A stretch of DNA of 64,000 bases from Hypanus sabinus (lineage: Eukaryota), in NCBI RefSeq assembly GCF_030144855.1, contig NC_082710.1, positions 133,362,001 through 133,426,000 of the forward strand. The letters run 5' to 3'. Positions 13,190 to 24,473 of this stretch are shown piece by piece. The notes below the pieces were generated by a model. It made no database searches. It was given only the letters and a program-made list of their open reading frames with translations, and was not told the origin of the DNA. The position numbers and the translations under genes are program-made. The number at the start of each line of letters is the position of its first letter. Position 1 is the stretch's first letter.

Positions 13190-15654
13190 CGCCTCCGTCA
13201 GTGCTGCAAAGTCCACCCCCAGGGACAGGGCCTGGACAGCTGGTCTGGAGAATGCGTCCGCCACGACGTTGTCCTTTCCCGAGACATGCTGGATGTCCGT
13301 CGTGTACTTGGAGATGTAGGACAGTTGTTGCTGCTGGCGAGCCGACCAGGGATAGGACACCTTCGTGAACGTGAAGGTCAATGGTTTGTGGCCCATGAAC
13401 GCGGTGAACGGCCTGCCTTCTAAGAAGTACCTGAAATGCCGGATTGCCAGATACAGTGCCAACAGCTCCCGGTCGAAAGCACTGTACTTGAGTTCAGGTG
13501 GTCATAGGTGCTTGCTGAAGAACGCCAGGGGTTGCCGGTGCCCCTCGATGAGCTGCTCCAGCACCCCACCGACTGCTGTGTCGGATGTGTCCACCATGAG
13601 GGCGGTCAAAACGTCCGTTCTGGGGTGCACCAGCATCGCGGCATCTGCCAAGGCTTCCTTGGCTTTAACGAAAGCGGCCACGGCCTCCTCATCCCAAGTA
13701 GTGTCCTTGCCTTTACCCAACATCAGGGTGTACAAAAGGCGCATGATACGGGCTGCTGAGGGGAGGAAACGGTGGTAGAAGTTCACCATACCAACGAACT
13801 CCTGCAGGACTTCGACTGTGTTGGGCTGGGCAAAGTGGCGGATCGTGTCTACCTTTGCGGGTAGAGGTGTTGCCCCATCTTTGATAATCCTGTGACCCAG
13901 GAAGTCGATGGTATCGAGACCGAACTGGCATCTTGAGGCCGAAATCACTCAGGCGGGAGTAGAGCTGGTAGAGGTGGGACAGATGCTCCTGACGACTACT
14001 GCTGGCTATAAGGATGTCATCCAAATAGATGAACACTAAGTCCAGGTCAAGTCCCACCATGTCCATTAGCCGCTGGAACATCTGTGCAGCATTCGGTGGA
14101 ACTCGAACAGGCCGAACAGAGTGATGAGTGCTGTTTTGGGGATGACTTTAGGGTGCACCGAGATTTGATGGTATCCCCGGATGAGGTCTACTTTGGAAAA
14201 GATTCTTGCCCCGTGCAGATTTGCTGCAAAGTCCTGTATGTGTGGCATGGGGTAGCGGTCTGGAATTGTAGCCTCGTTCAGTCTGTGGTAGTCGCCGCAT
14301 GGTCTCCAACCCCCGGCTGCTTTGGGCACCATGTGCAGGAGGGAGGACTGTTGGACCGCCGTATGATCCCCAATTCCTCCGTCCTCTTGAACTCCTCCTT
14401 CGCCAGTCGGAGCTTTTCCGGGGGGAGACTTCGTGTGCGGGCGTGAAGGGGTGGTCCCTGGGTCGGAATGTGGTGCCGTACCCCGTGTCTGGGCATGGCT
14501 GCCGTGAACTGCAGTGCCAGAATTGATGGAAATTCCGCCAGGACTCTGGTGAATTCATTGTCCGACAGCGTGATGGAGTCCAGGTGTGGGGCCGGCAACC
14601 GGGCTTCACCCAGGGAGAACGTCTGGAAAGTCTCGGCATGTACCAGTCTTTTCCCTTGCAAGTCAACCAGCAGGCTGTGAGCTCATAAGAAGTTTGCCCC
14701 CAGGAGTCGTTGGGCCATGGTGGCCATTGTGAAGTCCCACGTGAACTGGCTGTCGCCGAACTGCAGCTGCACTGTGCGGGTGCCATAGGTCCGTATCATG
14801 CTGCCATTTGCAGCCCTCAGGGTGGGTCCTGGCTTCCTGTTGCGGGTGTCGTACCCCTTCGGGGGCAAGACGCTGATCTCCGCTCCAGTGTCGACCAAGA
14901 AGCGGTTTGTCCTAGATGTACAAGAGGCTGTCCTGGTGGCCAGCTGCATAGTCATTAGCTGTAGCTGGCCCTGGCCCTGGCCCTTGCAGGGTGGGCAACA
15001 ACGCTGGGCTTTTGTGCCCCACCGCTGGTGGTAGAAACACCACTGTTCACTGGCCTCCTCACTCCTGCCTCTGTGTTGTGTGCGCCCCCCTGCCGGGCCT
15101 GGTCTGGTCTGCTGTTGGGCGTGTGGCCTGGTATTATGACCGACGGACGCCACGCTCTCCCTCTTGGCTTTCCACAGCATGTCTGCCCAGGCCGCCACCT
15201 TCCAGGGGTTGCTGAAATCTGCGTCGGCCAGCAGCACATTTATGTCCTCGGGCAGTCGCTCTAGGAACACTTGCTTGAACATGAGGCAGGGCTTGTGTCC
15301 GTCAGCCAGGGACAGCATCTCATTCATCAATGCTGACAGCAGTCTGTCTCCCAAACCATCCAGGTGAAGCAGGCAGGCACCTCGCTCATGCCGTGAGAGG
15401 CCAAAGATCCCAATGAGCAGCGCCTTGAATGCTTCATATTTGCTTTCTTCCAGGGGCGACTGTATGAAATCTGCAACCTGGGTGGCCGTCTCCTGGTCAA
15501 GGGTGCTCACCACGTGATAGTAACACGTGGAATCAGAGGATATCTGCCGAATCAGGAACTGGGCTTCTGCTTGGCTAAACCACACACGTGGTCGCAGCGT
15601 CCAGAAAGTCGGCAGTTTTAGTGAAACTGCGTGAACAGATGAAGAGTCAGTCAT
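13190..15654 (-). pseudogene. Gypsy gag-pol remnant (Gag with CHCC knuckle, aspartic protease, RT, RNase H; multiple frameshifts)
   Basis: Motifs KLPTFW..WFSQAEAQF, CFYHQRWGTKAQRCCPPC, FLVDTGA, YPMPHI, IFSKVDL, YLDD, MVDTSD and GKDNVVADAFSR. Confidence 0.92.
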
Positions 15655-15678
15655 CTTCGGTGCAAATCCCATTTGGAC

Positions 15679-15692
15679 CGTTGGGGTCACCA
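15679..15692 (-). other. Primer-binding site complementary to tRNA-Trp
   Basis: Minus strand TGGTGACCCCAACG versus the canonical tRNA-Trp PBS TGGTGACCCCGACG, 1 nt after the 5' LTR. Confidence 0.85.
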
Positions 15693-15693
15693 A

Positions 15694-15907
15694 TGTAGCG
15701 ATGTGCTACACACAGCACTGAAATAACGACACGCAGTCGGTACGTTGTTTCGAGACTAGTTTATTCAAATTTAGCAGCGCTGGAATTTAATCCCTAGCGC
15801 CCTCCCTCTCTGGGCAGAAATGACATCAGAGGTGCATTACCAGAGTCTCCCCCCGCGCGCTGGCTATTTGTGAGCTGGTTCGCCTGCGCAGAAAGTGGGT
15901 CGCCACA
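15694..15907 (-). repeat. 5' LTR of the Gypsy element
   Basis: TG...CA termini; immediately followed on the minus strand by the PBS. Confidence 0.95.
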
Positions 15908-17664
15908 ATACTTTCCTTCCACAACTACCCTCTGCTTTCTTCCTTTAAGCCAAATTTTTATCCAAACAGCCAAGGTTCCACTTATCCCATGCCTCATGAC
16001 TTTCTAGATGAGTCTGTCATGAAGGACCTTGTCAAATGCTTTGCTAAAGTCTATGTAGACCACATCCACTGCCCTACCCTCATCAATTTCTTTTGTTACC
16101 TCTTCAAAAAACTCAATCAGGCCCGTGAGGCACAATCTTCCCTTCACAAAGCGATGTTGACTATCCATGAATAGACTGTACTTCTCCAAATGCTCGTAGA
16201 TCCTATCCTTAAGAATCCTTTCCAGAATCCATACGAAGAGACACCATCAGTGTATTGTTCAGCGCACTGATGATGTACCCTTGTATGGTGATGAAACAAT
16301 TGCAAATGGATTGCCAAGATCGGAGATCAGCTCAACCCATCCACTTTAAACTAATTGAAAGTAAGATACAGGAGTCCAAAATGTGGGTCTAACTTCATTC
16401 TTTAGTTTAAGTGAGGTGCGCAGGTATCATTTGGTAGTGTGATGACGAATGCAATTCACGTATTTATACACATAACCTGTAATGAATTATTTAAATGTAC
16501 AAAACTGCTTAATCAATATATACAAGATTACTCAAATATTCATGAAATATTAAATACACAACACAGCCTTTGCAATATCCTTGTAGATCTTCTCTTCAAT
16601 GTGTGAACACAATGCAGAACAGATGCATATAACAGTGTGCAATTTTCTATTGTTACATCCGGTCTATCAGGAATAATGTTTTTACCCAAAGTCATGGGCC
16701 TGTGCACTAATTCTTTTTGACATTTTGACATTCATTTAACAATGGGCTCATTTCAAACTTAAGTAATGGCAAAGGATATGTCAGTCTTATTCCATATAAT
16801 TCTATCTGCTATAATAAGATTCTAAAATACACAAACTTTGTTTGAAATTGATTAGATTCCACATTTTGATTTTGCAAATATTCATGTTTTAAACTGTAAG
16901 CTGGAGATGAACGAACTGCAAGTTAAGAACAGATGCACACTTTGCTTGGTTAATGCTGTGTTGTTGTAGCACCTTTGGTACTCCAATACACGTGTATTTC
17001 CCCCATCTTTAGTGAGTATATCTGATCAGGCGGCTACTATTGTATTGACAGAGTTATTGCCAAGCTCTGCCTTCTCCGCTGCTGTGTTGTGCACTTGGCA
17101 TGAAACTCATCCTCTGCTGGCGTCCTCGCAGCAATGAATCACCCACCGCTCACTGTGGAGAGGCCGATGATGGATGGATGGCCTACAATGCAGCCACTTG
17201 TTACCAAGCTGTGGGCCTCTAGGTAACAGCCTTGTTGGTATGCTGACTGCAGGTCACTTGGGGACTACCAGAGGTTCCTTCATGTCAAAATCAGAATCTA
17301 AAATATATGAAATTGTTAAGTAAGTAGTGCAAAATTAAACAAAAGTAAAGTAGTGAGGTAGTATTCATGAGTTCAGTATCCATTCAGAAATTGGATTGAA
17401 GCTGTTCCTGAATTGTTGAATTGTCTAGACTTACGTAGAAGGCCAAGGGGCAGTGACAACTATTGAGCTTGTTAGTGTAGATAAATCACGGGGAGGGGGT
17501 CAACTCTACAGTTAAGCCAAGAGAGTGGGAGACATTTTCCACTACATTCAACAGCTGGTGATGAGACATAGCGTGTTACCTTCAGATACCTATACAAGTA
17601 TTTTCCCTTCTAAATGTCCACATTTGTTCATTATTAGAGTTACAGAGGTATACAGCTCAAGGCT

Positions 17665-18212
17665 TGAAGTTTGAAGTAAATTTATTAGCAAAGTATGTAT
17701 ATGTTTCCATATATTACCTCGAGATTTATTTTCTTGCAGGCATTAACAAGGAAAAAAGAAATACAATAAAATTTACAATAAAACTACAGGTGAACAAAGA
17801 CTGACAAACAACCAAGGTGCAAAAGGTGACAAACTATGCAAACAAAATATAATAATACTGAGAACAGGATTGCAAAGTGTCCTTGAAAATTACCCTGTTG
17901 TTTGTAGAATCAGTTGAAAGTAGTGGTAAGTGAAGTTATCCACTCTGGTTGTAGAGTAATCACTTGGTGTGGGACCTGAGGTTTCTGTACCTCCTCCCTG
18001 ATGGGAGTAGTGAGCAGAGGGCATGGTCTGGATGGTGAGGGTCTTTGATGATGGATGCTGTTTTCCTGTGGCAGTGCTCCATGTAAATGTATTCAGTGGT
18101 GGGGAGAGCTTTGCCTGTGATGGACTGGGCTGCATCCACCTCTTCCTGTAGCCTTTCCCATTCCTGGGTATTAGTGTTTGCATACCGGTCAGGGTACTCT
18201 CCACTCTGCACC
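17665..18212 (-). mobile_element. Rex1/Babar LINE 3' fragment
   Basis: ORF 17960-18211 reads KTASIIKDPHHPDHALCSLLPSGRRYR, followed by the tail. Confidence 0.8.
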
Positions 18213-18364
18213 TATAGAGGTTTTACAGCAGAAAAACAGGCCTTTCAGTTCGCCCAACTGCACCTATCCACACAAATCCTACAGCAAGCCTGGGTGAAGG
18301 GTATTGACCCAAAACATCGACTGGACACAACACTGCATTGATGCTCCATTCCTCCAGCACTTGG

Positions 18365-18620
18365 TGTGATGCTACTTCAAGCCCATTGTATTCTTCCCAG
18401 ATTCACATCAACCTCAGCTTGGTCCTATAACTCACCCTCACCCTCGAGGCCCCAGTGGTCCATTACCCCACCAACCCACACATCCATGGGATGTGGGAGC
18501 AAACAGGAAACCCACACAGTCACAGCCAAGTTTAGATCTGATCTCCTCCCAGATAACACCCATGTTCCAGGTTCGATGCAGGTCACTGGAGGTGTGGGGC
18601 AGCAGCTGTGCCATTTTGCT
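18365..18620 (-). mobile_element. V-SINE, degenerate
   Basis: GGGATGTGGGAG...GGAAACCCACACAGTCACAG...AGCTGTGCCA. Confidence 0.6.
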
Positions 18621-19199
18621 GCCTTCAGGAATCACCAGCCCACTTCCCCGCTAGATAATAAAAGCCGAATCTAACGATCGACGACTGTCCGATTGAACAT
18701 CAGGGTGAAAGGCAGCCACTAATTTGGCGAACTAAAATTTGCCACCTGATTTCCACATTGGAATTGTGCGAGGTTAGCTCAGTTAAAGAGTAAACATTCA
18801 GGAATTATGAACAGAAAATGCTGGAAATACACTGCAGGCCAGGTGGCATCGACGGGGCAAGAAGCGGAATTAATGTTCTAGCTCAGCAATCTTTCATTAG
18901 AGCTGGCAATTTAAGGCAAACAGGGATAGATTAAATGTCAAATAAATGATAAAGGGAGACGAAATAGGGCAGTAAAAGGGACTATTTTATCTTTCATCTT
19001 GAATTACTTGAGTCTGATCAGCATCTTATATATGTCACTCCACATATATTTTTTAAAATGGTATCATGCTAGGAAGCAGCAGCTTCTCCGGCTCCCTATA
19101 CTGGTGCTAGTTTAAAATTCCTAGATAGTGTTTCAAAGTTTCTAGTCAGGGATTTCAGTCAGCTAGAGGTCTGTGAATCATTGCTGAACACTTAGACAG

Positions 19200-20205
19200 A
19201 ATTACTCTTAAGCCACTGGCAGGAGGATTAATAGCAGTGCTTAACCGAATATGGATTCTATGGACACCAGATGGGTGGTAGTGATCTGGCCTAGGCAGCT
19301 CAGCCAAGCAAGCAGCAGACACAGGCAGTGTGAGAGGAAGCAGCAATGTGGCAAGAGAACTGGGGTACTATCTAGGCTGAAATTGAACCCGACCAGGTTG
19401 GCGGTACCATTACTTTCCCTGCCAGTGTCTACTCGCTAGAAAATAAAAGGGACTCACTGAGACTGAGAATGAATGCACAGAAAGAGATGAGGAACTGCTG
19501 CTCTCTGCTTTTCTCTGAAAAGTGGCTAAAGAACAACATGCCTGACTTGGCATTTCAACTTGACAAGTTGACTTGGTTTTGTCCGGAAAGGAACTCCGTG
19601 CCAGGGAGGTAGGATCATCAGCCATTTCTGAATCCTGGGAGTGTGCATCTCGCACAACCTCGCATGATCCCAGAATACATCCTGCACAATCAGAAGAGCT
19701 CACCAAAGCCTGTAATTTCTGAGGGATTGTGCATATCGATACTCATGTCATTCTACAGCTGTGCAGTAGAGAGAATCCTCACATGCTACGTCACTGCATG
19801 GTACGGAAACTGCACTACAGCAGAGCTGTAGGTTCTACAATGAATAGTCCAAACTACCCAACGCATCACAGGCTTCAACCTACCTACCTACCAACAAGGG
19901 CATACCGAAAGGTACCGGTGAAGGCCCAGCAACACCATGAAGATCCAACTCACCTTGTTCATGAACTGTTTGATCCACTCCCATCAGGGAGGAGGTTACG
20001 TGTTATCCATGCCATGACCGCAAGCCCCCAAAAACAGTTACTTTCCCCAAGCAGTAGCCTTGCAAACTTATATTTATTGTGTTTGTCTTTTACTATGATT
20101 GTGTTCTTATTGTGTGTGTTTTTTTTGGTGCTGCATTGGTGTTAAGAGTAATTTTGTTCTCCTTTTCACGTGTGCACTGGAAATGACATTAAGCAATCTT
20201 GAATC
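19200..20205 (+). mobile_element. Internally deleted Rex1/Babar LINE (APE N-terminus joined to the C-terminal domain)
   Basis: The 5' part CGKRTGVLSRLK...SLENK resembles an APE start. The 3' part reads FYSCAVERILTCYVTAWYGNC and PLPSGRRLR, then an AAATGACATTAA tail. Confidence 0.7.
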
Positions 20206-20634
20206 ATGAATTACCTTGGTCACATCTTCTTCAGCCCTAAGTTTAAAGACTATTCAATGTACTGTCCATACAAGGTAAAGTCCTTACCGTCCAAAACTTA
20301 AACTTTATTAAGAGTCATAGAAAAGTACAGCACAGAACCAGGCCCTTTGGCCCATCATTTATTACCTGTTTTAGCATTACTAATTTATTTCTATACATTT
20401 GGAAGATATTCCCTGGGCAACTATTTGAGCCTTCCCCATTACACTGTGTGCTTTTATCAATGCCCTGCTGCTTATTATCCTCTCGAATGCTGTTTCCATG
20501 TGAGTCACTGATAACACCAATTCACCTTGTTGAGGAATATTCCCATTCTGTGACCCTACTGTGATGGCAGCAGCTTAGACCCATTCACCCTCTTCTCCTC
20601 ATTACTGGCACAGAGCTACCGCCTTTTGAAGTGA

Positions 20635-20890
20635 CGGTGCCTCAGTAGCACAGCTGCTGCTCCAGCAACCTGGGTTCAATGCCGACCTCCAACGCCGTTT
20701 GTGTGGTGTTTTTGCAAGTGTTTCTTGTTATGGTGTGCTTCTTCAATTATCCCAAAGAACTGTAGGTTAGATGGCCTTCATAAATCGTCCCTGCTGGGTT
20801 GGAGAGAGGATAGATCCTGAAGGGAGTGTTTGTTGATTGGAATCTAGGAGGAACAAAATAGGATTAATGTGGGATTAGAATAAAATGAGT
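20635..20890 (+). mobile_element. V-SINE, degenerate
   Basis: GGGTTCAATGCCGACCTCC (B box) and a V-domain remnant. Confidence 0.6.
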
Positions 20891-20931
20891 ATACCCAAGA
20901 CAGCAGATTCTGGAATATTCTTTACAACAAA

Positions 20932-21522
20932 CATAGAACATAGAATGTTACAGCACAGTACAGGATCTACAACCCACGATGTTGTGCAGCTATATTAATC
21001 TAGTCTAAAGTCCATCTAAACCATCCCTCCTACTTAGCTCTCCATTTTTCTATCATCCACGTGTCTATCGAAGAGATCTTTAAATGTCCCTCATGTATCT
21101 GCCTCAACAACGACCCTGGCAGGGTGTTCCATGCACCCACTACTCATTGTGTGAAGAACTCAGTTTTGAGTTTCCTCCAATCACCTTAAAATTATGCCCC
21201 TTGAATTAGCCATTTTGGCCTTGGGAAAACGTCTCTGGCTATCCATTTCATCTATACCTCTTATCGTTTTGTACATCTCTATCAAGTTACCAGTCATCCT
21301 TCTTTGTTCCAAAGAACACACACATGCACTCAACCTACCTTCACAAGACACACCCTCCCAGTCCAGACATTATCCCGGTAAATCTCCTCTGCACCCTCTC
21401 TAAAGCTTGCGTATCATATCCTTCCCATAATGAGGTGACCAAAAATAAATGCAATATTCCAAGTCAGTCTAACCAGGCTTTTATAGAGCTGCAACATTAC
21501 CTCCTGACTCTAGAACTCTATC
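20932..21522 (-). mobile_element. CR1 3' fragment
   Basis: (CATAGAA)n tail on the plus strand and RT C-terminal homology. Confidence 0.75.
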
Positions 21523-21526
21523 CTCT

Positions 21527-22270
21527 GAATCTGGAGCAGCAAACAATCTGCTGGAGGAGTTCAGAAAGTTGAGCAGCATCTGTGGGAGGGAGAAGGTTGA
21601 AACCATACAACAGGACTGAGAGTAGAGAGAGGGCTTGGCCAATGTAGTGAGGAGACAGAGCCCAGACATGACAATGGAGGATCNNNNNNNNNNNNNNNNN
21701 NNNNNNNNNNNNNNNNNNNNNNNNNNNNNNNNNNNNNNNNNNNNNNNNNNNNNNNNNNNNNNNNNNNNNNNNNNNNNNNNNNNNNNNNNNNNNNNNNNNN
21801 NNNNNNNNNNNNNNNNNNNNNNNNNNNNNNNNNNNNNNNNNNNNNNNNNNNNNNNNNNNNNNNNNNNNNNNNNNNNNNNNNNNNNNNNNNNNNNNNNNNN
21901 NNNNNNNNNNNNNNNNNNNNNNNNNNNNNNNNNNNNNNNNNNNNNNNNNNNNNNNNNNNNNNNNNNNNNNNNNNNNNNNNNNNNNNNNNNNNNNNNNNNN
22001 NNNNNNNNNNNNNNNNNNNNNNNNNNNNNNNNNNNNNNNNNNNNNNNNNNNNNNNNNNNNNNNNNNNNNNNNNNNNNNNNNNNNNNNNNNNNNNNNNNNN
22101 NNNNNNNNNNNNNNNNNNNNNNNNNNNNNNNNNNNNNNNNNNNNNNNNNNNNNNNNNNNNNNNNNNNNNNNNNNNNNNNNNNNNNNNNNNTGAGGGCTAC
22201 CGAAAAATGGAAAATTCAGTGTTCTTACTGTGGGTTGTAGATGACCCAAATGAAAAATGAAGTGGTGAGT
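21527..22270 (-). mobile_element. Penelope-like element 3' portion spanning the assembly gap
   Basis: 22191-22265 on the minus strand encodes a GIY-YIG-type C-terminal remnant (..GHLQPTVRTLNF). 21527-21620 is the same terminal repeat as the hammerhead-bearing family. Confidence 0.55.
21684..22190. other. Assembly gap (507 N)
   Basis: Run of N. Confidence 1.
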
Positions 22271-22872
22271 AAAGAGGTACTCAATAGTTGGCGTGGACTC
22301 AACACACCAGAACTGTACGACAGGTGTACCTCTGACCTTCTGTCTTTCTACCCATTCATCTTAGCTATTCCCGTTGAGTACTCATAATCCTCCTGCCCTC
22401 TGCTACCTCTCCATGCATTTTCCTTTACAAATGTCCACAAGTTCACTCATCACTACTAGAAGGCATCATTTTGCTTTGCCTTACAATAATAAAGAAAAAC
22501 AGCTTAACAATAACGCATTCCCTACATAATCTTATAACCACAGAGAAACGAGTAACCATATTGTGCTGAGCACTGTTCTAAATGAGATGTTAAATGATTA
22601 ATACGTGAATTGTGACCTCTCCGTAAATGAATAAGTAAATAACTTCTAAATGAGATACTGACTGCGAGTGTGCATCTACGTAAATCATTAATTACTCTCA
22701 GTCCATTTATTTCTGGTTTATCCGATCAGGTTTGTGTTGCAACTGCCTGTTAATCCTGGATTTAGTTTTCATCAGATTCTTGTTTGGACATCCTTCTAGT
22801 TCATTTTGCAACTCACCATTTCTCTTGACTACTGATGTGCTTAATCTCCACCTCAAGGTAGTTACTGTATCC

Positions 22873-23094
22873 AAGCAACACACAAAAAATATTGGAGGAG
22901 CTCAGCAGGTCAGGCAGTGGCTATGGAAATGATTAAACAGTTCATGTTTTGGACCAAGACTCTGAAGAAGGGTCTCGGTCAGAAACATCAACTGTTTATT
23001 TATTTCCATAGATGCTGCCTGACCGTGGAGTTCCTCCAGCATTTTGCATGTGTTGCTTTGGATTTCCAGCATCTGCAGACTTTCTTGTGTTTAT
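22873..23094. mobile_element. Older fold-back Penelope-derived element
   Basis: Inverted arms AAGCAACACACAAAA..GGAGGAGCTC.. and ..GAGTTCCTCCAGCATTTTGCATGTGTTGCTT; core CTGAAGA..GAAA at 22962-22985. Confidence 0.75.
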
Positions 23095-23373
23095 AACACA
23101 AAAATACAACTGCAGATGCTGTGGATCAAAGAATACGTACACAATGCTGGAAGAACTCAGCAGGTCGGGCAGCATCCATGAGAAAAGAGTAGCCAACGTT
23201 TTGGGCCGAGACCCTTCATCAGGAATAGGGGGTTAGAGAGGACGAGAGGACTGGGCTTCGGTCCTCTCTTCCCCCCCATTCCTGATGAAGGTTCTCGGCC
23301 TGAAACGTTGGCTACTCTTTTCTCATGGATGCTGCCCGACCTGCTGAGTTCTTCCAGCGTTGTGTACGTATTC
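23095..23373. mobile_element. Young fold-back Penelope-derived element with roughly 100-bp near-perfect inverted arms
   Basis: Arms at about 23131-23232 and 23272-23373; TSD CTTGTGTTTAT (23084-23094 / 23374-23384). Confidence 0.85.
23282..23309 (+). ncRNA. Minimal type-I hammerhead ribozyme core (candidate)
   Basis: CUGAUGA, stem II AGGU/GCCU, GAAA, palindromic ACGU and a UU site. Stem I is poor in this copy. Confidence 0.55.
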
Positions 23374-24473
23374 CTTGTGTTTATGATTTGCTGCATCCAA
23401 AGTTGTCCTTGTATCCCAGATATGGATTTGATCCTATTCTACCCTTCTTCAGACTTTGTCACAACTTCTCAGATTGTGATTCAATGACACTTATTTTATA
23501 ATTCACCCGGGAAATGTAGGCACAGCAGAATTGGATTGATCACCCTGAATGTTCTCCTGAGAAGGGCAATATACTGCCTTCCAGTCCACTTACAGGCCCT
23601 CACTGAAAACAGAAGCAAATGGGCCTTGAAATTCAAATCACTTAAAGTAGCAAAAGATGCCGGATTTCTGATGAGATACTGGCTTCATGTTATTTAGGTA
23701 CTAGTTATCTGCCACTTGAGTAATAATTTCACTGATGAAAATCAATTTAGTTGAGTTCTTCAATTATCCAGTTTATTGTGACTGTCAATTTTGATTCTGA
23801 GTAATCCAATTTATTTTTAAAGGCCTTTTTATGTTCTAGATTGAGATGTGCTGATACCTACAGGATGTCTTTATGCAGTTTGCCGTCACCTCAGTGTGAA
23901 ATCTTTGGTGGTGCTTGGGTAAAAGTTGCTTTCAAATGTTAGATTTACATGAGACACACTACACCAGCAAAGACCGAAGCAGTTGGAAAAAAATATTTAT
24001 CATAACCATAGCTCAATACTTTCAAATATTTGCGCAGAGCTTATGTGAATTGCTGTTTTTTTTGCAAACCAGAACTGCACACCTGCGCGCTAAACAACGT
24101 CTTGTTATGATAAAGTTCTCTTAACCTACTGAAGTACTGAATCTCCACCTCAAAGTAACTTCTGTATCCAAACAACTAACGCAAAATTGTCGAGGAACAC
24201 AGCAGGTCAGGCAGAACCTATGGTTATGAATAAACAGACAATATTTTGGGCTGAGACATTCCTCAGTGTCCTATTCATGTACCTGTCCAAGTACCTTTTA
24301 AATGTTGTTAATAAAACTGCTTCAGGTACTCTTTGGGTGAAAAAATGTGCCTTTTAGGTTCCTATAAAATCTCTCCCTTCTCATCTTAAACCCATGCCCT
24401 CTAATTCTTGATTGTCCAACTGTGGGGAAGAGTTTATAAGCATTCACTCCATCTATGCACTATTGATTTGATA

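Larger units (their letters stand above)
12853..15907 (-). mobile_element. Ty3/Gypsy LTR retrotransposon, CsRn1/Kabuki-like lineage, integrase deleted
   Basis: Two 214-bp LTRs (12853-13066 and 15694-15907), 4-bp TSD ATAC (12849-12852 / 15908-15911), a PBS, a G-rich PPT and gag-PR-RT-RH remnants. Confidence 0.95.
11826..16228 (-). mobile_element. CR1 LINE, 5'-truncated, split by a Gypsy element (11826-12852 and 15908-16228)
   Basis: RT ORFs 16004-16189 (QHRF, YIDFSKAFDKV), part of 15794-15997 (RKQRVVV) and 11904-12629 (FNPDKCEVMHFG...FFTQRVV). CCATA is duplicated at 11821-11825 / 16229-16233. Confidence 0.92.
11734..16345. mobile_element. Fold-back (hairpin) Penelope-type element, split by a CR1 into 11734-11825 and 16229-16345
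   Basis: TSD TTAAACTAATGGAAA (11719-11733) / TTAAACTAATTGAAA (16346-16360). The rejoined sequence is an inverted repeat with roughly 80-bp arms and CTGATGA...GAAA at 16267-16296. Confidence 0.75.
11694..16563. mobile_element. Solo LTR (related to the LTRs at 42773 and 44802), split into 11694-11733 and 16346-16563
   Basis: Starts TGTCATG and ends ACAACA. TSD TAGCC (11689-11693) / CAGCC (16564-16568). Homologous to 44802-45046 (GTGAGGTGC, CAATTCACGTA, ATGAAATATTAAAT). Confidence 0.8.

Noticed and set aside
13045-15367. Numerous plus-strand ORFs
   Set aside because: Antisense shadows of the GC-rich Gypsy pol and gag.
17030-17280. GC-richer patch as an exon or snRNA
   Set aside because: No recognisable RNA family motif, ORF or paired splice sites.
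21518-22249. 243-aa and 201-aa ORFs
   Set aside because: Artefacts of translating through the N gap.
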